From: Bacteroidales bacterium
GTDB lineage: Bacteria > Bacteroidota > Bacteroidia > Bacteroidales > UBA932
Direction: 5' to 3'
Assembly: GCA_036757145.1 (NCBI GenBank)
Contig: DAIOJQ010000001.1
Location: forward strand, 1-37,340
DNA: 37,340 nt
The notes beneath the pieces were generated by a model, which was not told the origin of the DNA, searched no databases, and saw only the letters and a list, made by a program, of their open reading frames with translations. The position numbers and the translations under genes were made by a program. Positions 8,694 to 18,171 of this stretch are shown here, piece by piece (the first letter of the stretch is position 1; each line of letters starts with the position of its first letter).

Positions 8694-8779
8694 TAGTTAT
8701 AATTGATTGAAATTCAGCGGTTTGTGTTTTGAGGGCAATTTTAGAGTGTAAAATTATTAGACAGTAGAGTGTCTTATTT

Positions 8780-8810
8780 TTTGACAATTAGAAAGGATGT
8801 GCTACTTTCG
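8780..8810 (+). promoter_or_regulatory. Candidate -33/-7 promoter for the response-regulator/kinase operon
   Basis: TTTG (8780-8783), a 19-nt spacer, then TACTTTCG (8803-8810; one mismatch to TAnnTTTG), about 32 nt before the ATG at 8842. Confidence 0.35.
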
Positions 8811-8841
8811 CAACAACTCTATTGTGTAAATTCTTACGAAA

Positions 8842-10197
8842 ATGAAAAATAGCCGAATTCTCGTTGTTGACGATAATGAAAGTGTTTTGAGTGCACTTGA
8901 ACTTTTGCTACAACCTCTTTGTAGAGAGCTGGTTACCTCAAATACCCCCAATAGGATTCCCACCCTGCTAAGATCCCATTTTGATGTGGTGCTGCTGGAT
9001 ATGAACTTTTCTGCCGGTATAAATACCGGAAATGAAGGGTTGTATTGGCTTAAACGCATCCTGGAATTTGATCCCAATATTTCCGTAATAATGATTACGG
9101 CTTACGGTGATGTAGAATTGGCAGTAAAGGCAGTAAAAGAGGGAGCGGTGGATTTTGTACTGAAACCCTGGGAAAACAGTAAGTTACTTGCCACTATCAG
9201 TGCGGCAATTCAACTTCGAAACTCGAAAAAGGAGATCATATCCCTGAAAGAAAAAGAGCAAAACATCAAATCAGCAGTAAATAAGCAATCTTCTATCATA
9301 GGCGAATCGCCCAAATTTAAGGAAGTGTTGGAAATTGTAAGGAAAGTGGCTAAAACCGACGCCAACGTGCTGATTACCGGAGAAAATGGTACTGGGAAAG
9401 AGGTAATAGCCAAAGAGCTGCACCAGCAATCACTTCGCAGTAATGAGCTGATGATCAGTGTGGATATGGGTTCGCTTTCCGAAACCCTCTTCGAAAGTGA
9501 GCTTTTCGGACATGTGAAAGGCTCATTTACCGATGCAAAAGAGGACCGTGCGGGAAAATTTGAAATAGCAAAAGGGAGTTCTCTGTTCCTGGATGAAATA
9601 GCAAATCTTTCGTTGCCGTTACAGGCAAAATTGCTGGCAGCCTTACAAAACAGAGAGATAGTAAGGGTAGGTTCCAATAAAAAAATCCCAATTGATATCC
9701 GTCTGATTTGCGCTACAAATGCCAATTTACCGGAATTGGTTAAAAACGGGCAATTCCGCGAAGATTTATTCTATCGTATCAATACCATTCAAATTGAAAT
9801 CCCCCCTTTGCGGGAGCGAGTTTCGGATATTCCTCTCCTGGCAGATTTTTTTCTGAATCTTTATCGTAATAAATACAAAAAAGAGAATTTGATCATCAGT
9901 GCAGATGCTAAGGAAAAAATGAGCAGGTATACCTGGCCGGGCAATGTGCGCGAATTGCAGCACACTATAGAAAAAGCGGTTATTTTAAGTGACAGCAATC
10001 TGCTGGATGCCGATGATTTCTTTTTTGACAAAAAATATGAGGAGTCCGAAAAGATGTTCGGCACTTTGGAGGAGATGGAAAAGGCCATGATTGAAAAGAG
10101 CCTGAAACTTCAAGAAGGCAACCTAAGTGCGGTAGCTGCTCAATTGGGCATTACCCGTCAAACACTCTACAATAAACTGAAAAAATACAACTTGTAA
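8842..10197 (+). CDS. Sigma-54-dependent Fis-family response regulator (NtrC-like enhancer-binding protein)
   Basis: Receiver domain (VLLDMNF Asp pocket). AAA+ sigma-54 interaction domain with Walker A GENGTGKE and GAFTGA-type loop GSFTDA (ESELFGHVKGSFTDA). C-terminal Fis-type HTH (AAQLGITRQTLYNKLKKY). Confidence 0.9.
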   Translation: MKNSRILVVDDNESVLSALELLLQPLCRELVTSNTPNRIPTLLRSHFDVVLLDMNFSAGINTGNEGLYWLKRILEFDPNISVIMITAYGDVELAVKAVKEGAVDFVLKPWENSKLLATISAAIQLRNSKKEIISLKEKEQNIKSAVNKQSSIIGESPKFKEVLEIVRKVAKTDANVLITGENGTGKEVIAKELHQQSLRSNELMISVDMGSLSETLFESELFGHVKGSFTDAKEDRAGKFEIAKGSSLFLDEIANLSLPLQAKLLAALQNREIVRVGSNKKIPIDIRLICATNANLPELVKNGQFREDLFYRINTIQIEIPPLRERVSDIPLLADFFLNLYRNKYKKENLIISADAKEKMSRYTWPGNVRELQHTIEKAVILSDSNLLDADDFFFDKKYEESEKMFGTLEEMEKAMIEKSLKLQEGNLSAVAAQLGITRQTLYNKLKKYNL

Positions 10198-10198
10198 G

Positions 10199-11542
10199 AT
10201 GTTTAGGAATACATTTATCCGTTTTATAGCAAATATCCTATTGCTGATTCTCTTTTCGGCACTCTCAATGTGGATATTATTGAGCTCTACATCAGACATG
10301 TATCTCATATTATCGCTGTTTGCCATAGCTGTAGTTGTTTACCGGATCATCAAATTATATAATGCCGCGCCTGAAAAAATCGCCTATTTTTTCAATGCAG
10401 TAGAAAATGAAGATTCAACGCTCCATTTTCCTGAAAACACACTTCATAAGGCTAACGCCGAAATGCATAAGAGTCTAAACCGTATTAACAAATTAATCCA
10501 GGAAGCAAAATTCAGAAACAGAGAACAGGAGCAGTACTATAGTTTGATGCTGGAACAGGTCGCTACCGGAATTGTTGTTATAAATGAAAGTGGAAATGTG
10601 TTACAAGCCAATTCCGCAGCAAAAAATCTCCTGAATTACCCAACCTTTTATCATATTGAACAGTTAAAACGGATTGATGCCGATTTGTTCAATACATTTC
10701 ATCGTTTGATCAACGGCGAAACGCATCAATTCCTTAAACTTACCTACAAAAACAATATCACCCAACTCTCTTTGAGGGCCACCTCATTTCCCGGTCATGG
10801 GGAAAACTTGCGCATAATCTCAGTACACGACATCAGTCATGAGTTGGACGCAAAAGAACTCGACTCCTGGATGAAACTCATTCGAGTGCTGACGCACGAA
10901 ATAATGAACTCCATCACCCCCATAACCTCCCTGAGTGAGACATTATTGCGCTATTATGCCTTTTCGGACGACTCTCCGGCGAACATTAACGAAAATACCA
11001 TACCAAATACCATCAAAGGGCTGGAATTGATCAACGAAAGGGGCAATGGTCTGATAAGATTCGTCGAATCCTATCGAAAACTGACCAAACTTTCAAAACC
11101 TATACTTCAGACCATTCCGCTAAAAACCTTCATAGACCATCTACTGATGTTGCTATCGCACGAAGAAAACTTCAGCAATATCAATTTCTCGGTGAAAATT
11201 ACTCCCGAAGATCTGAGCGTTGAGGCCGATGAAGCGCAATTGTCGCAAGTCTTTATCAATTTGATTAAGAATGCAATGCAGGCGGTGGAAAAGGTGCCTG
11301 AGCCACATATAGAGATTTCAGCCCGGGCAAAAGAGGACGGGCGAACACAAATCTCCGTTCAGGACAATGGCGCCGGCATTCCTGACGATGTTATTGAACA
11401 AATATTCATTCCTTTCTTTACGACTAAGGAAAACGGTTCCGGTATCGGACTCAGTCTCTCCCGCCAAATTATGAAAAACCATGGCGGCACTATTGACGCA
11501 CACTCCGTATCGGGCAAAACACTCTTTGTGTTGAATCTGTAA
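10199..11542 (+). CDS. Sensor histidine kinase (two N-terminal TM helices, PAS-like region, HisKA, HATPase_c)
   Basis: H-box RVLTHEIMNSITPI, N-box INLIKNAMQA, G1 VQDNGAGIP, G2 GSGIGLSLS. The ATG lies 1 nt after the regulator's TAA. Confidence 0.88.
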   Translation: MFRNTFIRFIANILLLILFSALSMWILLSSTSDMYLILSLFAIAVVVYRIIKLYNAAPEKIAYFFNAVENEDSTLHFPENTLHKANAEMHKSLNRINKLIQEAKFRNREQEQYYSLMLEQVATGIVVINESGNVLQANSAAKNLLNYPTFYHIEQLKRIDADLFNTFHRLINGETHQFLKLTYKNNITQLSLRATSFPGHGENLRIISVHDISHELDAKELDSWMKLIRVLTHEIMNSITPITSLSETLLRYYAFSDDSPANINENTIPNTIKGLELINERGNGLIRFVESYRKLTKLSKPILQTIPLKTFIDHLLMLLSHEENFSNINFSVKITPEDLSVEADEAQLSQVFINLIKNAMQAVEKVPEPHIEISARAKEDGRTQISVQDNGAGIPDDVIEQIFIPFFTTKENGSGIGLSLSRQIMKNHGGTIDAHSVSGKTLFVLNL

Positions 11543-11661
11543 CCAAAACACCCCTATCTTTTTGTACAAATCCTTATTACCGGTAACGTGACCACTTCTT
11601 TTCGCTTTTCGGTTTTAAAGTGCTATTTTCGCCTTTTTCATTTTAAAAAGCAAAGAGTCAA

Positions 11662-13794
11662 GTGAACGCGAAAAGACAAACTTGTAGTCTAAGATTGTTT
11701 CGATCCGAGCGATTGCGTGTGAAATCGTATAAACTTGTCAATTGCCTTTACAAAGCCATTGTGTTGGGTGTAATTTCGTGTTGCATCTTGCTAAGTTCCT
11801 ATGCGGCGCCGGTAAACCCCATGGAAAAAGTTGCTATCGATACGCAAGCAGAAATAGTTGATATCGAACAACAAACGCAGAAGGTAGAAATAGAACTCCA
11901 AACAGACACAATTCCTGAAAAGTTGGATGAAATTGTAATTACTGCTTTTAAAGATGCATTGCCGTTGAAACTTTCGGCGAAAATGGTGAATATCATTTTG
12001 GCTAATCAGATTGAACAGGCTCCTGTCAAAAGCCTCCAGGATTTACTCTCTTATTTTTCAGGGGTTGATGTGATTCAGCGCGGGCCGCACGGGGTGCAGG
12101 CAGATATAACGCTTCGCGGCGGCTCATTCGACCAAACCGCAATTCTCCTAAATGGTGTCAACCTTACGAATCCTCAAACCGGACACTATAGCCTTGATAT
12201 CCCTCTTAATCTATCCGATATCGAGCGTATCGAGATAGTCCGGGGACCCTCGTCTCTTATTTTTGGCGCGAGTGCATTTTCCGGAGGTATCAATATTATC
12301 ACAAAAAAGGATACTCAAACCAATGCGTTTGCAAAGTTGGAAGGGGGAATGCATGCCCTTTTCAGTGGTGAGGTGCGCGGTGCGTTAAGAACAAAGTCGT
12401 CGATACACTCTCTCTCGGCCGGATATAAGCGTTCTGACGGTTATATTGCCAACAGCGATTATAAGATTCTTAATTTCCTTTGGCAAAGCAGTTTTAATGT
12501 TGATGGCTCCCATATCGACATTCAGGCAGGGGTAAATGATAAAAAATATGGTGCCAATACCTTTTATGCTGCAGCTTTTCCCAATCAGTATGACGATACT
12601 CAGGGATTGTTTTTTTCTATAAAAGGAGAAACAAACGGAAAAATCAAATTTATCCCGCAGATCTACTGGAGCAGACACTATGATGAGTTTCATCTCTTCA
12701 GACCGGGAACGCCCAATATTCCCTCTTGGTACAAGACCCCGAACTATCACCAAACCGATGTTTATGGCGTTAACCTCAATATCCAATATATCTCGAGGCT
12801 TGGAATAACCCGTTTCGGGGGAGAATTCCGCAATGAAGGTGTTTTGAGCAGCAATTTGGGTAAACCGATGCGCCAACCGAGGGATAACTACACTTTGTGG
12901 GATAATCGCTCCGATCTAAGTTTTTTTGCAGAACATAATTTTGTAATAGACAAGCTGACTCTTTCGCTCGGCGCACTTTACAACTACAATACTGCTCTCG
13001 CCGACACCTTGAAAGCAGGCGGTTTCTATCCCGCAATAAATCTTTCCTATCGTCCAACCACTTCCGTCACTATTTACACTTCATGGAGTAAGGCTACGAG
13101 AATGCCCACCTTTACCGATTTATATTATAAGGCGGGGAAACATCGCGGTTTTGCCGGACTTACACCCGAATATACTCAATCTGTAGAGTTGGGAGTGCGT
13201 TTTAGCAGATCTGTGGTAGCTGCCAACCTGAATGCTTTTTATACTAAAGGTGACAATATGATCGATTGGATTTTTAGCACAAAAGACTCTCTCTATCACG
13301 CTGAGAACCGTTCAGCTTTGAATACTTTCGGTGCAAGCGTGGATGCAAGCATCAATCTTTCACATTGGATGGGGGAGAGGCAGCCATTTGAACAGTTGCG
13401 GTTTGGTTATCAATATATCTCGCAAATAAGTGACAACGAGAGCCAGGATAACCCGATATCAGCCTATGTTTCCAACTATCTTAGGCATAAATTTACCCTC
13501 GGCGTAGAGCACCGTATAATTAAAAACCTCACTTTTTCTTGGAATATGCGTTATCAGGAGCGCGCAGGCAATTATCTGAAATATATTCCCGCCACAGCCA
13601 CCGAAAGAGCAAAGGAAGTAATAACACCTTACGAGCCCTTCGTGTTGTTGGATTTGAAAGCAAATTATGCGATAGGGAAACTCAATATTTTCGTCAATCT
13701 CAACAATATTCTCAATACCACACACGTGGATTTCGGTAATATTCCACAACCCGGATTCTGGTTGACCGGTGGGGTGAGTTATTTATTTAAATAA
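11662..13794 (+). CDS. TonB-dependent outer-membrane receptor; start uncertain (GTG at 11662 or GTG at 11719)
   Basis: Plug domain (VIQRGPHGVQADITLRGGSFDQTAILLNGVNLTNPQTGH...IERIEIVRGPSSLIFGASAFSGGINIITKK) and a beta-barrel ending ...GGVSYLFK. There is no in-frame ATG before the signal peptide (KAIVLGVISCCILLSSYA). Confidence 0.85.
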   Translation: MNAKRQTCSLRLFRSERLRVKSYKLVNCLYKAIVLGVISCCILLSSYAAPVNPMEKVAIDTQAEIVDIEQQTQKVEIELQTDTIPEKLDEIVITAFKDALPLKLSAKMVNIILANQIEQAPVKSLQDLLSYFSGVDVIQRGPHGVQADITLRGGSFDQTAILLNGVNLTNPQTGHYSLDIPLNLSDIERIEIVRGPSSLIFGASAFSGGINIITKKDTQTNAFAKLEGGMHALFSGEVRGALRTKSSIHSLSAGYKRSDGYIANSDYKILNFLWQSSFNVDGSHIDIQAGVNDKKYGANTFYAAAFPNQYDDTQGLFFSIKGETNGKIKFIPQIYWSRHYDEFHLFRPGTPNIPSWYKTPNYHQTDVYGVNLNIQYISRLGITRFGGEFRNEGVLSSNLGKPMRQPRDNYTLWDNRSDLSFFAEHNFVIDKLTLSLGALYNYNTALADTLKAGGFYPAINLSYRPTTSVTIYTSWSKATRMPTFTDLYYKAGKHRGFAGLTPEYTQSVELGVRFSRSVVAANLNAFYTKGDNMIDWIFSTKDSLYHAENRSALNTFGASVDASINLSHWMGERQPFEQLRFGYQYISQISDNESQDNPISAYVSNYLRHKFTLGVEHRIIKNLTFSWNMRYQERAGNYLKYIPATATERAKEVITPYEPFVLLDLKANYAIGKLNIFVNLNNILNTTHVDFGNIPQPGFWLTGGVSYLFK

Positions 13795-13829
13795 TTAAAA
13801 ATTTAGGAAGATTGCTAATTGTCTGACAT

Positions 13830-13871
13830 AAAGATGTTTGCAGCTATATTCTAAGTTGCAGGCATCTTTTT
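13830..13871 (+). terminator. Intrinsic terminator-like hairpin after the TonB-dependent receptor
   Basis: AAAGATGTTTGCA (13830-13842) pairs with TGCAGGCATCTTT (13857-13869), including two G-U pairs. It runs into a T-run and lies about 36 nt after the stop. Confidence 0.5.
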
Positions 13872-14017
13872 CATGTTACAAAACCATTAAATTTTCAAAA
13901 AATATTTGGAGATATGAAAATAAGCATTACCCTTGCAGTGTCCTACCACACTAATACACTAAACAGTTAAGTGAGAATATTATTTAAAAATCGAATGAAT
14001 TAAAAAAATAAACAGAT

Positions 14018-14848
14018 ATGATTACAATTAACGATCTCTCGTTTAAGTACGGCAAGAAAGAAGTTCTGAATGATATTTCAATGAAGCTGGAAGCAGGAAA
14101 AATTTACGGACTGTTAGGAGAAAACGGAGTGGGAAAGACCACTCTACTGAAAATTATTTCCGGACTGCAAAAACCCTGGAAGGGATCCTGTTCGGTTTTC
14201 GGCGAAGACCCGTTCAAAAGAACTCCATCCTTTTTAAGTCGTATTTTTTATCTGCCTGAAGAGTTGGAGTTTATCCAAAATGATTACTCTATTCGCTATT
14301 TCGCGAAAATAAACGCACCTTTTTATCCCAAGTTCGACAATGAAAAATTCGAGACTATTTTAAAGGAATTTGAGGTGGAAGGCGATAAAAAATTAAACAA
14401 ACTTTCCTACGGACAGATGAAAAAGGCAGTCCTATCATTCGCTATCGCTACAAATGCCGAATTGTTGTTACTGGATGAACCAAGTAACGGACTCGACATT
14501 CCCTCTAAAACTCTCTTCCGCAGAATTATTGTGCAGTATGTGTCGGACAATACCTGCACCTTGATTTCCACTCATCAGGTACGCGACTTGGAAAACCTTA
14601 TCGATCCGATTATCATTCTCGACAACAAGGCGGTACTGATGAACGCATCATTGGAGAAAATTTCCGAAAAACTCTATTTCGGACTATACTCTTCCGTTCC
14701 CGCTAACGCTCTTTTTTCTGAACCCACACCGGGCGGTTACCTTTGCGTAATGGAGAATGAGGATCGAGGCGAAAGCAAGGTAAACATAGAGGCGCTCTTC
14801 AATGCTACCATGCACCACAAAAGCCGAATTAAAGAACTTTTGGTATAA
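14018..14848 (+). CDS. ABC transporter ATP-binding protein
   Basis: Walker A GENGVGKTT, signature LSYGQMKK, Walker B LLLLDEPS, H-loop STHQ. Confidence 0.88.
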   Translation: MITINDLSFKYGKKEVLNDISMKLEAGKIYGLLGENGVGKTTLLKIISGLQKPWKGSCSVFGEDPFKRTPSFLSRIFYLPEELEFIQNDYSIRYFAKINAPFYPKFDNEKFETILKEFEVEGDKKLNKLSYGQMKKAVLSFAIATNAELLLLDEPSNGLDIPSKTLFRRIIVQYVSDNTCTLISTHQVRDLENLIDPIIILDNKAVLMNASLEKISEKLYFGLYSSVPANALFSEPTPGGYLCVMENEDRGESKVNIEALFNATMHHKSRIKELLV

Positions 14849-14897
14849 TAACGACAAATAATTGATCCGGAATAACCATTTTAAAATTCTGACAACA

Positions 14898-15689
14898 ATG
14901 AACAACAATATATTTCAATTCAACAGATTAGGGAAGCTTTTCCGTAGAACGTTTCAACAAAACTCCAAAACTTTTCTAAATAATGCTTTGGTTTTAGCCG
15001 GACTTCCCATCTTGTTTTTACTTATAGCCAGATTGACATCCAATGAAGGACCTGAGCTTCTTTTCAGAAGTAATTTTTTGACTTTTTTGGTAGTAACGAT
15101 TTTCATCTTCTCTCCTTTCTTTTATTACTATTTTTACAACCATTCCAAAAAAGGGTTGTCTGAGGTAATGCTTCCGGCATCGGTGTTGGAAAAATTCGTA
15201 GTAATGCAGATATTCTGTATGATCTTGGCACCGCTTATGGTACTTGTTTTTTATGGCGGAAGCGATGTGATATTGTCAGCCCTATTTCCCTTGTATCAGG
15301 GCGGTTATGCAATCGTCCATTTTTTCAATAATAGGTTGACTACCGACGGGGTGCTGGTAGTATTTCTTTCCATGCAAGCCGTTTTCTTCGCAAATCTCTT
15401 TTTTGTAAGAAGGAAAATTCTTAAAAGTATCGCAAGTTTTATTGTTATAAACCTTCTGATTGCTATTGTCATTTTAGCAGTAGTAAAATGGATGGAATCC
15501 CTAGGTTATTTGGAAGGATATAATGGCAATGTGAATTTAAGTTTTAGCGAACGAGGACTATTTGACTTTTACAGAGGAGACCATCCTTTTATGATATTTG
15601 TTATGATAGTAAGAATACTCATGGATATAATTTTGCCGATACTCTTCATGATTGGCTCATATCGCTTAATGAAAACTAACAGGTATTGA
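14898..15689 (+). CDS. Polytopic membrane protein, probable permease partner of the preceding ATPase; the ATG at 14898 is preferred over the TTG at 14862
   Basis: There are about 6 hydrophobic segments and no recognisable catalytic motif. The gene sits between the ATPase and the GntR gene with gaps of 3 nt or less at the 3' end. Confidence 0.6.
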   Translation: MNNNIFQFNRLGKLFRRTFQQNSKTFLNNALVLAGLPILFLLIARLTSNEGPELLFRSNFLTFLVVTIFIFSPFFYYYFYNHSKKGLSEVMLPASVLEKFVVMQIFCMILAPLMVLVFYGGSDVILSALFPLYQGGYAIVHFFNNRLTTDGVLVVFLSMQAVFFANLFFVRRKILKSIASFIVINLLIAIVILAVVKWMESLGYLEGYNGNVNLSFSERGLFDFYRGDHPFMIFVMIVRILMDIILPILFMIGSYRLMKTNRY

Positions 15690-15691
15690 TT

Positions 15692-16066
15692 ATGATGAAT
15701 TTTGATGAACATAAGCCCATTTATCTTCAAATATCGGACTCAATTTGCGAGAAAATTCTCAACGATGAGTACGCAGAAGATGAACGAATACCTTCCATAA
15801 GGGAGATGGGGGCACAATTGGGGGTAAATCCCAATACCGTTATGCGAAGCTACGACCATTTGAAATCGCTCGATATAATTTACGACAAACGCGGCATGGG
15901 TTTTTTCGCATCGCCCGATGCAAAAAAGAGCGTGAAGAAGATGTATAAAAAGGAATTTATGGGGTTGGAAATGCTCTCCATTGCTAAGAAGATAAACCTG
16001 CTCGAGATTAGTTTAGATGATTTTGTAGAGAGCTTAAAAGATGTTTTGGAAGAACAACAAAAGTAG
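15692..16066 (+). CDS. GntR-family (YtrA-like short) transcriptional regulator
   Basis: N-terminal winged HTH (KPIYLQISDSICEKILNDEYAEDERIPSIREMGAQLGVNPNTVMRSYDHL) and a short C-terminal tail typical of the YtrA subfamily. The ATG lies 3 nt after the upstream stop. Confidence 0.85.
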   Translation: MMNFDEHKPIYLQISDSICEKILNDEYAEDERIPSIREMGAQLGVNPNTVMRSYDHLKSLDIIYDKRGMGFFASPDAKKSVKKMYKKEFMGLEMLSIAKKINLLEISLDDFVESLKDVLEEQQK

Positions 16067-16188
16067 AATGGTCATTTTTGGCATGAAATTTTTATCAAAA
16101 ATGGATTCTTACAAAGCAAACAACAGAATATCTTTCTTAGTTAAAAGACAAAAATGGTTTTAAGCCAAAAGCAAATAGCTAATACATA

Positions 16189-16902
16189 ATGATTTCTCTT
16201 ACAAATTTACACAAATCCTACTACACCGAAGCCATTTCGCTGCACGTGCTTAAAGGTATCAGTCTCAACATTGAAGCGGGCGAATATGTCTCCATTATGG
16301 GAGCATCCGGTTCGGGAAAATCCACGTTACTTAATATAATAGGAATTTTAGATACCTATGATGCGGGAGAATATCGGCTAAACGGTACACTCATCAGAGA
16401 TTTGAGTGAAAAACAGGCCGCGAAATATCGCAATGAAATGATCGGATTCGTATTTCAATCATTCAATCTTATAAATTTTAAGAATGCTTTAGAAAATGTT
16501 GCACTTCCGCTCTATTATAAAAATGTGGGCAGAAGACAACGTAATATCGTTGCAATGGAGCATCTGGATAAAATGGGATTGAAAGATTGGGCACATCACA
16601 TGCCTAATGAGCTTTCGGGTGGGCAGAAACAACGTGTTGCTATTGCTCGCGCAATGATTTCAAATCCAAAAATTATTCTTGCCGACGAACCTACAGGAGC
16701 ATTAGACAGTCAAACTACCGTAGAGGTAATAGGTCTTCTCACCGACTTAAATAAACAAGGCATCACCACTATCATCGTTACTCACGAACAATCGGTAGCC
16801 GATGCCACCAACCGCATAATCCGCCTGAAAGACGGTATGATCGAAAGCGACACCTCGCACCCAGAATCCCGTACCTCGCACCCCGAACCCCGTAACTCGT
16901 AA
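16189..16902 (+). CDS. ABC transporter ATP-binding protein (MacB-type) with a repeat-derived C-terminal tail
   Basis: Walker [10 protein letters not shown], signature LSGGQKQR, Walker B ILADEPT, H-loop VTHE. The tail [16 protein letters not shown] is encoded by a 21-bp tandem repeat. Confidence 0.92.
   Translation: MISLTNLHKSYYTEAISLHVLKGISLNIEAGEYVSIMGASGSGKSTLLNIIGILDTYDAGEYRLNGTLIRDLSEKQAAKYRNEMIGFVFQSFNLINFKNALENVALPLYYKNVGRRQRNIVAMEHLDKMGLKDWAHHMPNELSGGQKQRVAIARAMISNPKIILADEPTGALDSQTTVEVIGLLTDLNKQGITTIIVTHEQSVADATNRIIRLKDGMIESDTSHPESRTSHPEPRNS
16852..16902 (+). repeat. 21-bp (3x7) tandem repeat, about 2.4 copies, C-rich on the sense strand
   Basis: ACCTCGCACCCAGAATCCCGT / ACCTCGCACCCCGAACCCCGT / AACTCGTAA. 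Its reverse complement (ACGGGGTTCGGGGTGCGAGGT) matches units of the array at 18172-18261. Confidence 0.8.
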
Positions 16903-16908
16903 CGCGCA

Positions 16909-18171
16909 ATGGATTATTTACAAGAAATATTCGCCACCCTGCGCAAAAACAAGTTGCGCACCACCCTGACCGGACTTTCGGTTTCTTGGGGGATTTTCAT
17001 CCTTATAGTCTTGCTTGGTGCAAGCAACGGATTGAAAAATGGGGTGACGGCAAATTTCGAACACCGTGCGGTAAACCGTATTAACATGTGGACCGGAATC
17101 ACATCAATGCCCTATCAAGGATTGAAATCGGGACGAAATCTTAAGTTTTCCGAACAGGAAATATCGGTTGTAGAAGATAAAATAAAGGAGAGTCGTTTGG
17201 TTACCGCCCGTTCCAATAGGACACAAAATATCTCCTATGGCACTGAATATGGCTCGTATCAGATTAATGGTGTCATGCCGAGTTATGCCGAAATGGAGAA
17301 ACTGGTTTTTGAGCCGGGTAACGGTAGGTTTTTCAATCATCTTGACTATACTCAGAGGAGTAAGGTAATCGTTATTGACAAACAAATGGCAGAGGTGCTT
17401 TTCAAAGAGAAATCACCATTAGGAGAATATGTAAAGGTTGGACAACTGATGTTTAAAGTTATTGGTGTAAATTCTAAAAAAGAGCAGTGGGGCGGTCCGG
17501 TTGCCTATATACCATTCTCTACCATGCAAGTCGTATTTAATACCGATAAAAAATTCTATCAACTTTCCTTTACTGTGGAAGGGCTCGAAACAACAGCTGA
17601 AAATGAAAGATTCAATAAATCATTGCGTAATCTTATGGGGCGCCAACTTAAGTTTGATCCGGAAGACAGTCAAGCACTTTGGGTAAACAACTCGCAATCC
17701 GATTACATCGAAACGATGAAAATATTTAGTGGAGTCAACCTATTTGTAACCATTGTTGGAATTCTCACGCTTATTGCCGGAATTGTGGGTGTAAGTAATA
17801 TCATGTTAGTGTCGGTAAAAGAACGTACGCGTGAAATAGGTATTCGTAAAGCTATAGGAGCACCGCCGGCCTCCATATTGACTTCCATAATTTTGGAATC
17901 CATTATCATTACCGCCATTTTCGGATACATCGGTATGTTTTTGGGGATAGGAGTTACAGAGATAATGAACTTTATTACGGAGCAGGCTGCAAATGTGGCA
18001 CAAAGCGCTGACGGAGGTCCGCAAATGTCAGTATTTAAAAATCCTACCGTAAATATCGGGTACGCCATTTTTGCTACCGTTTTGCTAGTTATATCGGGAG
18101 TGATTGCCGGTTATCTGCCTGCCAGGAAAGCTGTTAAGATAAAGCCGATAGAGGCAATGAGACAGGAGTGA
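16909..18171 (+). CDS. ABC transporter permease, MacB/FtsX family (420 aa)
   Basis: N-terminal TM helix, a periplasmic domain of about 250 aa, and a C-terminal FtsX 3-TM bundle (ERTREIGIRKAIGAPPASIL). Confidence 0.9.
   Translation: MDYLQEIFATLRKNKLRTTLTGLSVSWGIFILIVLLGASNGLKNGVTANFEHRAVNRINMWTGITSMPYQGLKSGRNLKFSEQEISVVEDKIKESRLVTARSNRTQNISYGTEYGSYQINGVMPSYAEMEKLVFEPGNGRFFNHLDYTQRSKVIVIDKQMAEVLFKEKSPLGEYVKVGQLMFKVIGVNSKKEQWGGPVAYIPFSTMQVVFNTDKKFYQLSFTVEGLETTAENERFNKSLRNLMGRQLKFDPEDSQALWVNNSQSDYIETMKIFSGVNLFVTIVGILTLIAGIVGVSNIMLVSVKERTREIGIRKAIGAPPASILTSIILESIIITAIFGYIGMFLGIGVTEIMNFITEQAANVAQSADGGPQMSVFKNPTVNIGYAIFATVLLVISGVIAGYLPARKAVKIKPIEAMRQE

Noticed and set aside
9210-9725. Long antisense ORFs inside well-supported genes: 9210-9725, 12385-12876, 17703-18068, 26041-26532, 28655-29110, 30053-30628, 33057-33626, 36657-36941 and 37014-37286.
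   Set aside because: Each lies entirely within, and opposite to, a gene with clear family motifs. Their translations are low-complexity or Cys/Ser/Arg-rich with no recognisable domains. They are typical shadow ORFs.
11600-11625. CGGTTT-N5-TGCTA upstream of the TonB-dependent receptor, considered as a sigma-54 promoter.
   Set aside because: The GG-to-GC spacing is one nucleotide short of the strict canonical distance.
13915-13968. A 17-codon mini-ORF (MKISITLAVSYHTNTLNS) upstream of the ABC/GntR operon, considered as a leader peptide.
   Set aside because: It has no supporting features (no attenuator-like alternative hairpins, and conservation cannot be assessed). An ORF of this size is easily produced by chance in AT-rich DNA.
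16079-16094. A TGGCAT motif upstream of the MacB-type ATPase, considered as a second sigma-54 promoter.
   Set aside because: The -12 position reads TTTTA; there is no GC dinucleotide at the required spacing.
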